Shown piece after piece: positions 16,328 through 27,200 of a stretch of DNA of 64,000 nucleotides. Numbering within the stretch: the first letter of the stretch is position 1; every line of letters starts with the position of its first letter. The stretch is from a virus: IMG/VR virus record IMGVR_UViG_3300030098_006058, positions 1-64,000 of that record, one strand, 5' to 3'. The position numbers and the translations under genes are program-made. The notes beneath the pieces are model-generated. The model was not told the DNA's origin. It saw only the letters and a program-made list of their open reading frames with translations, and ran no database searches.

Positions 16328-17518
16328 TTGATTATGAGTGAACAAACTACTAATCCTTTTGAAGGATTTAAAACATTAGGAGGGGAAACAATAAAACCTG
16401 ATAGTGTAGAAATTAAAGATGTGCCAAATACTGATGATGCTTTGGCAAAAGATACAGGAATTGTTGATAAAACAGAAGAACCTGTAGAAGAAGTAAAAGA
16501 AGAAAAAAAGAAAGAAGTAAAAGAAGAAGATAAAATAGATTTAACTCCTGAGTTAAATATTGAATATAAAGCGCCAATAGAAGAGGATAATGAAGAAGAA
16601 GAAGAAATTCAAAATGATATAGAAGCGGGTATAACATCTGATGATACTGAGAATGAAGAGGTTTCACAGATAGGTGTTTTAGCTAAATATTTAAAAGAAG
16701 AAGGAGTTGTAGATTACGATGATGAATCTTTTGAAGATAATGAAGAAGGTCTCGTTAAAGTAATTGAAAATGAAATTAAAAAGGGTATAGATAAATATAA
16801 AGAAGATCTAGATCCTACAGCTAAACAGTTTATAGATTTTGTAGAAAACGGTGGAGATCCACAACATTTTACAAAAGCGTATTCAGAGGTAGATTTTAGT
16901 AAAATAGATTCTAATAAAATAAAAGGTAAATCTGAAGTACAAAAACAAATAGTTGCTGAATTAATGAAACAAGAAGGATATTCTCCTGAAGAAATTCGAG
17001 AAGAGATCCAGGATTTAGTAGACGGTAATGTATTGCAAAGAAAAGCTAATAGATCGTTATCTAAATTACAAGTAATTCAGAATAAAAAAAGAGCTGAACT
17101 ATTGAAAAGTCAAGAAGAACAAGCTCAAAAAAGAAAAGAAGAACAAGCTACCTTTTTAAGTAGCTTAAAAGAAGATATAGAGGGTCGAGAAGAGATTGCC
17201 GGATTCTCTATCAATAAAAAGCAGAAAAAAGCTTTTTATGACTATATAACTAAAGCAGATCGGAAAACTGGTAAAACACAATTAGTGTTAGATTCTGAAA
17301 AGGATAAAGATGCTCAGTTAAAGATGGCTTGGTTATATTTTAATAACTTTGATTTTTCAAAGGTAGAAAAGAAAGCTAAAACAAAAGCAGTATCAACTTT
17401 AAGATCTCATTTGGAGCGTGCTTCTAATGTGTCCACGAAAAAACTGAAAAGTAAAGCAAGGACTAAAGTGACTGGAGATGATATTGATTTTAGTTTATTT
17501 TCTAAGGCAATTAGTTAA
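16328..17518 (+). CDS. Probable capsid scaffolding protein (likely ATG start 16334)
   Basis: Acidic low-complexity N-terminus and helical C-terminus, immediately upstream of the MCP as in crAss-like phages. Confidence 0.75.
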   Translation: MIMSEQTTNPFEGFKTLGGETIKPDSVEIKDVPNTDDALAKDTGIVDKTEEPVEEVKEEKKKEVKEEDKIDLTPELNIEYKAPIEEDNEEEEEIQNDIEAGITSDDTENEEVSQIGVLAKYLKEEGVVDYDDESFEDNEEGLVKVIENEIKKGIDKYKEDLDPTAKQFIDFVENGGDPQHFTKAYSEVDFSKIDSNKIKGKSEVQKQIVAELMKQEGYSPEEIREEIQDLVDGNVLQRKANRSLSKLQVIQNKKRAELLKSQEEQAQKRKEEQATFLSSLKEDIEGREEIAGFSINKKQKKAFYDYITKADRKTGKTQLVLDSEKDKDAQLKMAWLYFNNFDFSKVEKKAKTKAVSTLRSHLERASNVSTKKLKSKARTKVTGDDIDFSLFSKAIS

Positions 17519-17549
17519 TAATAATAATAATATTTAAAATTTTAAGTGA

Positions 17550-18998
17550 ATGGCTATAAATGGATTGCAACTATATAGAACTAAGTGGCATTCTGGTTTA
17601 ACTCAACAAAATCACTTATCATCTGCGTATTTAACAGAACCAGAAGTTATGAGTACATTAGTGACTCGTATCTTTGGGATGCAGGGTTCAAACCCTATCC
17701 AATACTTGACATCAGGTATGGGACGTTCTAAGGAAATTGGTAATAGAGAATATGATTGGCATTTACAGGGTGATGATGAAAAAGCTGTTGCAGTTACCGG
17801 TAACTTAGGAGACGGAGGCGTACAGCCTGGTCTAAATAGAACAACTTTTCGTGTTAAATTTAAGGAAAAGTGGTTCGCAAATCAAGAAGTTCTTGTCGCA
17901 GATGACAGATCTTACAGAGTAAGAGTAATGGAAGATCCCTATTTTGATGGAGGGGATTGGATATATACGTTAAAATTAACAAGTCCAGATCCGGCAAAAT
18001 TTATGGATCCTGATTTAATTTCAGCGGGAAGACAATTTTCTAAAGAATATACTACAGTACCTGAGTTCTCTACTGGAGGTAACACTACTTTTAGTGCTCC
18101 TTTCAAAATGAGAAATCATTTAAGTACATTGAGAAAATCATATACAGTAACAAGAAGTGCTGCAACTGATGCACTTGTTATCCAACTTGCTGATCCAGCA
18201 AATCCGGGTAAAAAGTCAACTGTATGGACTCGATATGCTGAGTGGGAAGCAATGGCACAGTGGTATAGAGAGATCGAAAGATCTTATTGGTATTCAACAT
18301 TTTCATCTGATGCTAATGGTGTCACTGATATGTTGGGTAATAATGGACTTCCAGTTTATGAAGGTGCTGGTATTAGAGAGCAAATTGCTCCATCTAATAT
18401 TAGAAATTATACTGAATTAACTGAGAATATTATCCGTGATTTCTTAATTGATCTATCATATAATGTAGCTCCTGAATCATCTAGAGATTTTGTTGCATTT
18501 ACTGGTGAATATGGATTTGCTGAGTTTGACAAAGCTATGAAAACAGCTGCGTCTAATTGGACTCTAGTAGATTCTAAATTTGTAACTGGTAGTGGACAAA
18601 ACCTTGCATTAGGTGGACAGTTTAAAACATATATGGGATTAAATGGTACTAAGATTACTCTTAAACATTTACCTTTATATGATAATACTGTTATAAACAG
18701 ACAGTTACATGCTGATACAGGTAGACCAATAGAATCGTACAGATTTACTTTCTTAGACTTTGGTATGGCAGGTGGAGAATCAAACATCCAATCTGTTCAT
18801 AAAAAAGATTCTAAGGACATGATGTGGCATACAGCGGGTTCTGTTGATCCATTTGGTAACACAGCTAAATCAGTAAACACTATGCGATCTGATAATCTTG
18901 ATGGTTATTCAGTACATATGTTAACTGAATGTGGTATCATGATCAAAAACCCAATGGCATGTGGTGAGTTAATTTGTACTAATGTAGCGGCTAACTAA
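17550..18998 (+). CDS. Major capsid protein (Crassvirales type)
   Basis: WHSGLTQQNHL, MRNHLSTLRK, GAGIREQI and FTGEYGF motifs; 482 aa; expected position. Confidence 0.95.
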   Translation: MAINGLQLYRTKWHSGLTQQNHLSSAYLTEPEVMSTLVTRIFGMQGSNPIQYLTSGMGRSKEIGNREYDWHLQGDDEKAVAVTGNLGDGGVQPGLNRTTFRVKFKEKWFANQEVLVADDRSYRVRVMEDPYFDGGDWIYTLKLTSPDPAKFMDPDLISAGRQFSKEYTTVPEFSTGGNTTFSAPFKMRNHLSTLRKSYTVTRSAATDALVIQLADPANPGKKSTVWTRYAEWEAMAQWYREIERSYWYSTFSSDANGVTDMLGNNGLPVYEGAGIREQIAPSNIRNYTELTENIIRDFLIDLSYNVAPESSRDFVAFTGEYGFAEFDKAMKTAASNWTLVDSKFVTGSGQNLALGGQFKTYMGLNGTKITLKHLPLYDNTVINRQLHADTGRPIESYRFTFLDFGMAGGESNIQSVHKKDSKDMMWHTAGSVDPFGNTAKSVNTMRSDNLDGYSVHMLTECGIMIKNPMACGELICTNVAAN

Positions 18999-19026
18999 TT
19001 AGTAATAATTTAATAAATTTTGTAAC

Positions 19027-19839
19027 ATGACAGAAGGAACTGTGATTGTGAAAGCTCTAAAAGCACATAGTTGGTCAGGTTTTCATAGGTTTCCGAAGTG
19101 TAAAGATACGGTCATAGCTCAGTACGGACGTGCGGGCTATGCTACCGGTCTTTCATCAGAGGAAGAAGCTAAACTTGAAAAACTATTACATTTAGAGTCT
19201 GGAACATTAAACCGCTTTTCAGATTATTGGCAGAATTATACTGTTATTTTAACTGATAAAGATAAAGTATTAAAACTAGAGCGTCCAAAAGATTTTCTAG
19301 ACTATAAGATTTTATCTTCCAGTGAAAAAGTAGCTAATTCTGTAAATAATTTAGCGGATTGGCCCAAAGCAACATATGTATTATATGATGCGGAGGAAGA
19401 TGCCAAAAAAGATAATTTAAAGGTTAAAGAAAAAAGAAAGGCTTATAAAATATTCAACGGAATGACAATTAGCGAAATGAGAGATGTATTAAAAGTAATG
19501 GGTAAAAAAGCAGATAATGCTTCAGAGACATTAATAGAAAATACATTGAATGATATTGTTGATAGTTCTCCATCTGAATTTATTGAAACTATAAACGTTT
19601 CTGATTTCAAAACCAGGGTTTTTATAAATGATTTAGTTGCTATAAATGCACTAAGAATTAGAGGTGGGCATTATATGCTCGGTGATACTGCTTTAGGACA
19701 TGATTTAGAAACAACTATTTTATTCTTAAAAGAACCTAAAAATCAGGATATTGTATTATCTTTGAAAGCTAAGTTACAAGGTAAAACTTATAATAAAGAA
19801 GTACCTAAAAAAGTATCTTCTAAAAAAGTTAAATCTTAA
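19027..19839 (+). CDS. Conserved crAss-like protein downstream of MCP
   Basis: Gene order; YATGL and KVANS motifs, with C-terminal FLKEPKNQDI. Confidence 0.75.
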   Translation: MTEGTVIVKALKAHSWSGFHRFPKCKDTVIAQYGRAGYATGLSSEEEAKLEKLLHLESGTLNRFSDYWQNYTVILTDKDKVLKLERPKDFLDYKILSSSEKVANSVNNLADWPKATYVLYDAEEDAKKDNLKVKEKRKAYKIFNGMTISEMRDVLKVMGKKADNASETLIENTLNDIVDSSPSEFIETINVSDFKTRVFINDLVAINALRIRGGHYMLGDTALGHDLETTILFLKEPKNQDIVLSLKAKLQGKTYNKEVPKKVSSKKVKS

Positions 19840-20534
19840 TGACAGTAGCTGAAATGCACATACAATTCAAAGTGGGGTTAGATAAGACTGATAGTCTTAA
19901 CTACCCTAACTTTGAACCTGAAGAAATTGATCTTTGGCTTAATAGAGCCCAGGATAAATTTGTTAAAACTCGCTATTCTCATGATCCCAAAAGAGAAAGT
20001 TTTGAGGAAACTCAAAAACGAACTGATGATCTTCGTGAGGTTTTAGTAGAGACAACTATTTTTCCTTCAGCAGTACAGCAACCTGTAAAACCAAATGGTG
20101 TATTATTTGATTTACCTAATGGTAATAATGATTTACCGGTTTATTGGTTTGCTATTAATGAAGAATGTGGAATTCATTATCCGAATTGCACAAACGATTT
20201 AGTAACTGAAAGAAAAAGAGTTAAACCTATTCAGCATGATGATTATAATAAAATCATATCTGATCCATTCAATAAACCTTATAAAGGTAAAATTGTCCGG
20301 TTGATGCATGGTGATAAGGTTGAATTAATTTCCGATGGTACATTTATCATCGCAAGTTATATTTTGAGATATATAAAACAACCAGAAGCTATAGATCTAG
20401 CTAACAATAATGATTGCGAACTTGCATCTCATACACATACAGAGATTGTAGATACTGCAGTTACTATGGCGCTTGAGAATATTGCAAGTCCTAGATACCA
20501 AAGTCATATGGTTGAGAGTATATCTCGTGAGTAA
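19839..20534 (+). CDS. Ring/adaptor (tail tubular-like) protein
   Basis: FEPEEIDLWLNRAQ, FEETQKRTDDL, YIKQP and CELASHTHTEIVDTAV motifs. Confidence 0.8.
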   Translation: MTVAEMHIQFKVGLDKTDSLNYPNFEPEEIDLWLNRAQDKFVKTRYSHDPKRESFEETQKRTDDLREVLVETTIFPSAVQQPVKPNGVLFDLPNGNNDLPVYWFAINEECGIHYPNCTNDLVTERKRVKPIQHDDYNKIISDPFNKPYKGKIVRLMHGDKVELISDGTFIIASYILRYIKQPEAIDLANNNDCELASHTHTEIVDTAVTMALENIASPRYQSHMVESISRE

Positions 20535-20564
20535 ATTAATGTTTAATATTTAAAAGAATTTATA

Positions 20565-21551
20565 ATGAGACACGAGAATTATAAAATTATGATCGGTAAA
20601 AATGGTACTGGTCGTACAGGTGGCGTAACTCCTGCTAATTTAGCAGATGGAGAAATAGCTGCATTTAAACCAGATATGACAGCGTTATTACCTGGTGAAA
20701 CTATTTCCGATGCGGAATATATATATCTTGCACAGGGAACTGCAACACTAGGACAACCTAGATTTTCTGCTAAAATCCAAGGTGCAAACGTTAAAAAATG
20801 GTCAGGACAGGATTATTCGGTTGCAGTAGAACAAAGAACTCACGTAGGTAATGTGGGTGCTGCTGCTTTAGCAATTAATGTACAACCTAGTATTGAATAT
20901 GTTATGTCTATTATTTTTACATTTGATAAAGTAGAAGGTTCAGAGAGACAATTAGTTAGACGATTCCACCACACAACTGCAGCTGCAGGTGCAACACAGC
21001 AAACTATTGCTGATGCATTTACAGCATTAATTGATGCAGATGCTAAAGCTAAAACTTTAGTTGATGCTTCAACAGTAAATAATGGTGCGAATTATGGTGT
21101 ACGAATTGAATCACGAGCACAAACTTATAATGTAATTGATGGTTATGAACAAGTAACATTTAAAGTTGTATTAGAGGGTGGTTTTGTATTTAATGGAACT
21201 ACACCTGTTTCTTATACTGTAGATCCTACATATGGAATAGGTACTTATGCACATGTATCAGATCTTGAAAGAGCTGCACTAGGATACGATGGGGTGAATA
21301 ACTTAATGAAATTCCCTGTACCATCTTATCCAGTATATGCTGTATCAACTGGTACATATGATATGTATTCTATAGTACATGATGATGTTCACGCATCGGC
21401 TAATCTTAATAAAGATATAGCTAGCCCAGAAATGACTTTGATTGCGATCAATGTTCAGGGGGGTGCTCCAGGACAACAAGCGGCTTTACAAAATGAATTA
21501 AACCCATGGTTTAACTCATGTCCGGGTAGCTTTCCAGCAGTGGCACTTTAA
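20565..21551 (+). CDS. Structural protein, probable auxiliary capsid protein
   Basis: Gene order in the crAss head block; A/G/T/V-rich; GIGTY..V..LE motif. Confidence 0.65.
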   Translation: MRHENYKIMIGKNGTGRTGGVTPANLADGEIAAFKPDMTALLPGETISDAEYIYLAQGTATLGQPRFSAKIQGANVKKWSGQDYSVAVEQRTHVGNVGAAALAINVQPSIEYVMSIIFTFDKVEGSERQLVRRFHHTTAAAGATQQTIADAFTALIDADAKAKTLVDASTVNNGANYGVRIESRAQTYNVIDGYEQVTFKVVLEGGFVFNGTTPVSYTVDPTYGIGTYAHVSDLERAALGYDGVNNLMKFPVPSYPVYAVSTGTYDMYSIVHDDVHASANLNKDIASPEMTLIAINVQGGAPGQQAALQNELNPWFNSCPGSFPAVAL

Positions 21552-21581
21552 TTAATTGTTTAATTTTAAAAATATAATATA

Positions 21582-21971
21582 ATGGCAAATCCAACAATGG
21601 CCTCACAAGGCTCAAATAGAGAAGTTCATTGCGCAACAGCAAAATTTACATGGAATGCAACCGGAGCATCTACTTATACTAGCGGAGTTATGGTTCCAAG
21701 TGGAGCACAAATTCTTTCCGTAGGGGTAAGAGCAGGTGCTACAGGAGAAGCAGTTCCAGGTACCGGTACTAGTATTACAGTAAAAGTAGGAGGTGTAGCA
21801 GTAAGTGCTGCTATAGATCGTAATAGTAACTATGATGCAGTAGGAGATTCTTATACTGCAGCAGCAATATTCTATACCGATGCAGGTTTAGATAATGGCG
21901 CTATAGGTGTAACTACTGTAGGAACACACGATGCGGGTAATACTTATGTAACTGTTTGTTATGTAGTGTAA
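21582..21971 (+). CDS. Small beta-rich virion protein
   Basis: A/G/T/V-rich composition in the structural block. Confidence 0.65.
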   Translation: MANPTMASQGSNREVHCATAKFTWNATGASTYTSGVMVPSGAQILSVGVRAGATGEAVPGTGTSITVKVGGVAVSAAIDRNSNYDAVGDSYTAAAIFYTDAGLDNGAIGVTTVGTHDAGNTYVTVCYVV

Positions 21972-21985
21972 TAAACTTTCAATCT

Positions 21986-22018
21986 GTGAGATAGGGGGAG
22001 AAATCCCCCTATACTCAT
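21986..22018 (+). other. Strong intergenic hairpin with GAAA tetraloop
   Basis: ATAGGGGGA-GAAA-TCCCCCTAT extended by GTGAG/CTCAT; no U-tract follows. Confidence 0.7.
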
Positions 22019-22036
22019 ATAAAATATAATAAAGTA

Positions 22037-22657
22037 ATGGCAGCAGTAACTTTACCTAAAATAGATTTTACAGCTTCAGAAACATGTGATTCAAAAGGTA
22101 TAAAAATAACAGAAACAACAGGTACTTATAACAGTCCTGCAAATACTGGGGGTTGGGGAAATCCTAATGCTGATTTAGCTAACGTACAAGATGCTGAATT
22201 AATAATAACAACACCTAGCGGAACAGTTTATACTATAACATATGCACAAATGAATGGTCTTTTACCAAGTATGGTAGAAGGTTCTTTTATAGTACATATG
22301 GGATTATTAGGGGGTACACAGGGAGCAACAATGACTCAAGGATTATACTCTATTAAATATAGAGTATTAATAGAATATAATAATGCACCTCCTCAATCAA
22401 CTTGGGTGACAGTTCAAAAATATGTTTTTTTACATAATACTATAAAATGTTGTGTACATAAAATGTTAGCAACATTAGATATGTGTGATACCTGTCCATG
22501 TGATTCAGAAAAACAAAAAGCTTTAGAAGCATATACGTTATATAAAGCGTTACTTTATGCAAATCAATGTGGTAATGTAGATTCAGCAACGAAAATACAT
22601 GATCAAGTAACTAAACTATGTACTTATGTGGACGGACCATGTAATACATGTTCTTAA
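22037..22657 (+). CDS. Structural protein, possible tail-fibre hub
   Basis: Ig-like N-terminal part and Cys-rich helical C-terminus. Confidence 0.6.
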   Translation: MAAVTLPKIDFTASETCDSKGIKITETTGTYNSPANTGGWGNPNADLANVQDAELIITTPSGTVYTITYAQMNGLLPSMVEGSFIVHMGLLGGTQGATMTQGLYSIKYRVLIEYNNAPPQSTWVTVQKYVFLHNTIKCCVHKMLATLDMCDTCPCDSEKQKALEAYTLYKALLYANQCGNVDSATKIHDQVTKLCTYVDGPCNTCS

Positions 22658-22670
22658 TAAGAGTTTTTAA

Positions 22671-23555
22671 ATGGCGTGTCAAAATTGTGAAAATGGATGT
22701 ATAAATCCAAATTTATGTTCATGTGATTGTCAATCATGTGCGACTGCAGGTGCTTGTGATATTCCTGCAGGTGCTCCTGGTGCGCAAGGTCCACAAGGTC
22801 CGCAAGGTACTCCAGGACAACCCGGTTTAAACGGTGTAGATGGTATAGATGGTCTAAATGGATGTACAATAACTAATGTTTATCAATCAGATGGAAATGA
22901 ACCTCCAGGTATCCCAGCTGGACATCTTATAGTAGAAACTGGAAATACAGGAGAACCCTGTGAGCAGGTATTTGATGCAGGTCCAATTTCAGGAGGAGGA
23001 GCAGGTGATGGCGCAATGCCACCCGGTGTTATTGTTATGTGGTCTGGCGCTTTAAATGCTATACCTGATGGTTGGTTAATATGCGATGGCACTAATGGTA
23101 CTCCCGATTTACAAGGTAGATTTGTAGTAGGTCGAGATCCAACAGTAGGTTCTCCATATACATCGGTAGGAAATATTGGGGGAGCTGCTACTGTTTCTTT
23201 AATGCAAGGTAATATACCAGCACATACTCATAGTTTAGCAAATGTAAATGTAGTAATGGATCAAGGTGGAGGTCATTATCATTCATGGAGAGGTTATCAT
23301 GAAGATAATGGAAATGGTAGTGGAGAACAACATAGATCTAGAAATTGGTATAATACAGATCCTTTAGAACCTATTACTATTCAACCTATAGCACCTACTG
23401 ATTTTCTTGATCCTGATTATGGTGCTCATACACATACAGCTTCATTAAATCCAACTGTTACTATGGATGGAACTCCTCAATTAACATTAGGAGCAGGAAA
23501 TCCTTTTAGTATAACCCCCACCTATTACACTATAGCATATATCATGAAACAATAA
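22671..23555 (+). CDS. Fibre protein with collagen-like repeat and tail-collar domain
   Basis: Gly-X-Y repeat (GAPGAQGPQGPQG...); PGVIVMWSG..IPDGWLICDG.NGTPDLQGRF; ends YYTIAYIMK. Confidence 0.85.
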   Translation: MACQNCENGCINPNLCSCDCQSCATAGACDIPAGAPGAQGPQGPQGTPGQPGLNGVDGIDGLNGCTITNVYQSDGNEPPGIPAGHLIVETGNTGEPCEQVFDAGPISGGGAGDGAMPPGVIVMWSGALNAIPDGWLICDGTNGTPDLQGRFVVGRDPTVGSPYTSVGNIGGAATVSLMQGNIPAHTHSLANVNVVMDQGGGHYHSWRGYHEDNGNGSGEQHRSRNWYNTDPLEPITIQPIAPTDFLDPDYGAHTHTASLNPTVTMDGTPQLTLGAGNPFSITPTYYTIAYIMKQ

Positions 23556-24262
23556 TGGCAGATAAAAAACTGAATATATACGATTTAAGACATAGGTTAA
23601 ACAAACTAAAATGTTGTTTTTCTGAAAAAGCAGCTGATTATGCTATGAAGCAAAAGTTTGGTAAAGTTTGTAAAGAGGAAAAATGTAATTTACAACTTTT
23701 AGGTGCTTATATAGAAATGATTGAATGTATGCATCCAGTCGGTTGTAATTGTTATACTGAATGGGTACAAGGAGGTTCTTTAATTTGGAATGAAAATACA
23801 TCTTATATTAAAGATCAAATTGTAAAAGTTTATCCAAGAGCATCTGCAGTAGGAAGTCCTAGTGAATTTTTACTTATGAGGTGGACAAATGCTTTACCTA
23901 GTTTTTCTTTTGTTGCTGATGCAGCGGGAGAAGGAGGATCTATATGTTGGGAAGATGGTAATTTAGTTCAAACTGGATATATTTCACCTTGTTATGATTT
24001 GATAAATATACATGGTTGGAGTGTGTGTGGAAATGTTAAAGTAGCATGGCAAGCTCAAGGAAGTTATGTATGGAATCCTAATATGACATATCAATATGGA
24101 GATATTGTTAAATTCCAAGGAGGTGGTAATGGGCTTAATCAAACTGGCCAAAATCAGTTTTATATAAGTAGAATAAAAAATAATTTTGCTAATGCAGCCA
24201 ATCTAGGATTCCATGAATCTACAGATTGGGTATTATTAGAATGTTTTGACTTAATAGTATAA
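23555..24262 (+). CDS. Structural protein with two CBM5/12-like motifs
   Basis: WNENTSYIKDQIV and WNPNMTYQYGDIVKF. Confidence 0.6.
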   Translation: MADKKLNIYDLRHRLNKLKCCFSEKAADYAMKQKFGKVCKEEKCNLQLLGAYIEMIECMHPVGCNCYTEWVQGGSLIWNENTSYIKDQIVKVYPRASAVGSPSEFLLMRWTNALPSFSFVADAAGEGGSICWEDGNLVQTGYISPCYDLINIHGWSVCGNVKVAWQAQGSYVWNPNMTYQYGDIVKFQGGGNGLNQTGQNQFYISRIKNNFANAANLGFHESTDWVLLECFDLIV

Positions 24263-24266
24263 TTAA

Positions 24267-27200
24267 ATGGCAGCGAAAGATAAATTTAAACAACTCGTAT
24301 ACGGTAAGAATATAAGACAGGATAATAGAACTTATCCTCCTACTATATCAACTGTTAATACAGCATTTGATCCTCAAGCTGGATGTGCATCAATTTCTGC
24401 AGATGCGGCTTATAATCCAGGAACTGCTTATGCAGCGGGTGATGTTTTATTTTATACTGATGGTGCTACAGTTTATAATTCTGCTAATGCAGTTATGGGT
24501 GGAGGTACTGTTGGAGGATTAGGCGGAGATGGAAAAAATGCTCAAAGTACTTTTATTGTTAAAAGTCCTACTACTCATTATTGGTGGATTTTCTCTCATG
24601 ATGTAGCTAATAATAAAGTATGGGTTGCTACAGTTAAAATGGATGATAATGGGGGATTAGGATCTGTATCTCAAAAAGCAACTTCTCAAACATTCGCAGG
24701 TTCTGCAACTGATAGGATGGCTCCATATTATGATGGAACTGCAAGTCAGTATGGTTTTATTATACATTTAACAGGTAGTGATCGTTGGGTATCTTATAGA
24801 GTAAATGGATTATCCGGTCAGAATCCTACATTTGCTGCTGCAGTAACTACTTCTATAGGTACATCTTATAATAATAATGATGCAGCTAATCATGCAACTG
24901 TTAAATTCAATAAAGATAATACAAAATTTGCAACAGTTTATCAAGCAAATATAGGTACTGCAGGTTCACCTGTTACTGGAGCTGTTGTTGAGGTATTTGA
25001 TTTTAATACAAGTACACAAGTACCATCTAATTTTGGTCAATTTATTCTTCCTATTAATGATGCTGGTGCGATAGCTATCGGAGGAGGTGCTCAAAGACTT
25101 AAAGGATATGATTTAGAATGGGATTTTGATACTGCAAGTCCAACTTTATATGCACCTGTTTATGATCCCATAAATGGAATGGGTATTAGATATTATGTAT
25201 TAAATGCTTCTAATGTTCCTTCTAGTAGTGGAGATGTAGCTAAGTCTTTCCAAAGTACTGGAACATGGGGAGATAGAACTATTTGGTCTTTATTTAGAGA
25301 TCCATATGACGATAAAATTTATGTAGCAACTCCAAATAAAATTGGTAGTACAGGAGGATATAGTGCAAATTATAATGATACTTATGGTATAACACAGGTT
25401 TCTGCTATAACAAATTCAAGTAGTCCTGCTGGTACTGCAGAGTTTGTAGATTCAGTAGTAACTACAGGTACTAAATTAGTTAGAAAAGGTTTAGGTACAA
25501 GAGCAATAAGAGATGAAGCATCTGCATCATCTGGTAAATATAATTTAACTCCATGTGATACATTTAAAGAATATGTATTAGATTCAGATGGATTTATTTG
25601 GAGTATAGACGGAGCACTTGATGCTACGAAAATTGCTGATGTAAGTAGTATTACAAATAGAAAAAATATAGCGGTTCAAAAGGAAACTGGATTTATATAT
25701 TTATTAGCGGGTACAGGAGCTACTCAAGCTATCTATAAAGTAGACCCTATTTCAGGATCTGTAGCTTCAGGAGTAGCAATTTCTGGAGCAGGTATTACAG
25801 GTTTTAATAGTATTTGTAGTAAAGATGGAGATGCTCTTAAATTATATGCAGTTATAGAAATAGCTGGTCCGCATTATAATTATGCAGAAATAGTAATTGC
25901 TACAGGAGTAGCTACTAAAACTGCAGGTAATACATCTCATGTTGCAGTAGATACTGCATATATAGGTACTACATTATATATGGCATCTGGAGATGATCTA
26001 TATAAAAATACAGGACCTGGTACATGGGCTACAGTAGGAGCTAATGGTCTAAGTACAAACTATGAAGGTTTAGCTACAGATGATACAACTTTATATGGTT
26101 ATATAGCTGGAAAGAGATATACTATTAATACAACTAGTGGAGCAGCAACATTAGGAAAAAGTATAACAACAAATGGTGGAACAGCTACTTGGAATTATAC
26201 AATTACAGGTGCTGGCCAAATTAATTATGCAGGAACTCTTAATCCTCTTATTACTTCTGATGGTACTATTCCTCCATTTGTAGGAGATATAATTAGAGTT
26301 GAAAACTTTGCAGGATGTTGGACTGTTAGTACAGCTTCTTCAGGAACTGCTCAAGTAGTTGGGAATGTTTTACAAAGTTATTCAGATTGTGATTCTTGTA
26401 CTTTAGTTGATAGTAATTTAGAGTGTAAATTACTTGTTGATTGTTGTACAACAGGGGCCGGAATACCTCAAAAAGTAGTTGGAACTACAGATGATTCTAC
26501 AATAGTAGTTGGTAATGTATATGAAATTACAGGTAATGCTACAACTTCAGATCAATTAAATAGATGTGTTAAAGCTGTTTCTCCTGATTCTGATTTATAT
26601 GTTACTTTTTATAATGGAGAAGTAGGTAGTATAGATTTAACTACCGGTATTATTACACAGAATACAGGTCTTCCAAATACTATGGGTATTACTTTTGATA
26701 GTAATGGAAATGGTTTAACATTACAAGAAGATGGAAAAATTAGTTTAGTTAAACCTTCTGGTTTTGCTAATGCTATAGAAGTTAATGCTAGTGCAGTTTC
26801 CATGAATAAAGCTATTACTGTAGCGGATGATGGTACTATATATGCAGCAGGAGATGTTTCTGGTGTAACAAAATTACAAAGTATAACTTATGATAATAAT
26901 GCTGATACCATAACTTTTGGTTCTACATTAGTTAATGCTAGTGTTCTTCTTACAGGAGATATGGCTGTAGGTCCTGATACATTATTATATTGTACAGGAG
27001 ATGCGGCTCCTTCTGGTGCATTAGATCCAAATGATCTATTTACTTTAGATACAACTTCAGCTACTAATACTACTATTGCAAGTTTAACTACTACATTAAG
27101 TTTAACAACTCATCAAATAGTTAAAGGTATATCTTTTGTTAAAGATGTATGTAAAGTATTAGTTTGGGATTCTGCGTCTAATGGTTTAACATTATTTGAT

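Noticed and set aside
9214-18998. Introns or inteins in TerL, portal or MCP
   Set aside because: The ORFs are continuous, of ordinary length, and show no intein or LAGLIDADG motifs.
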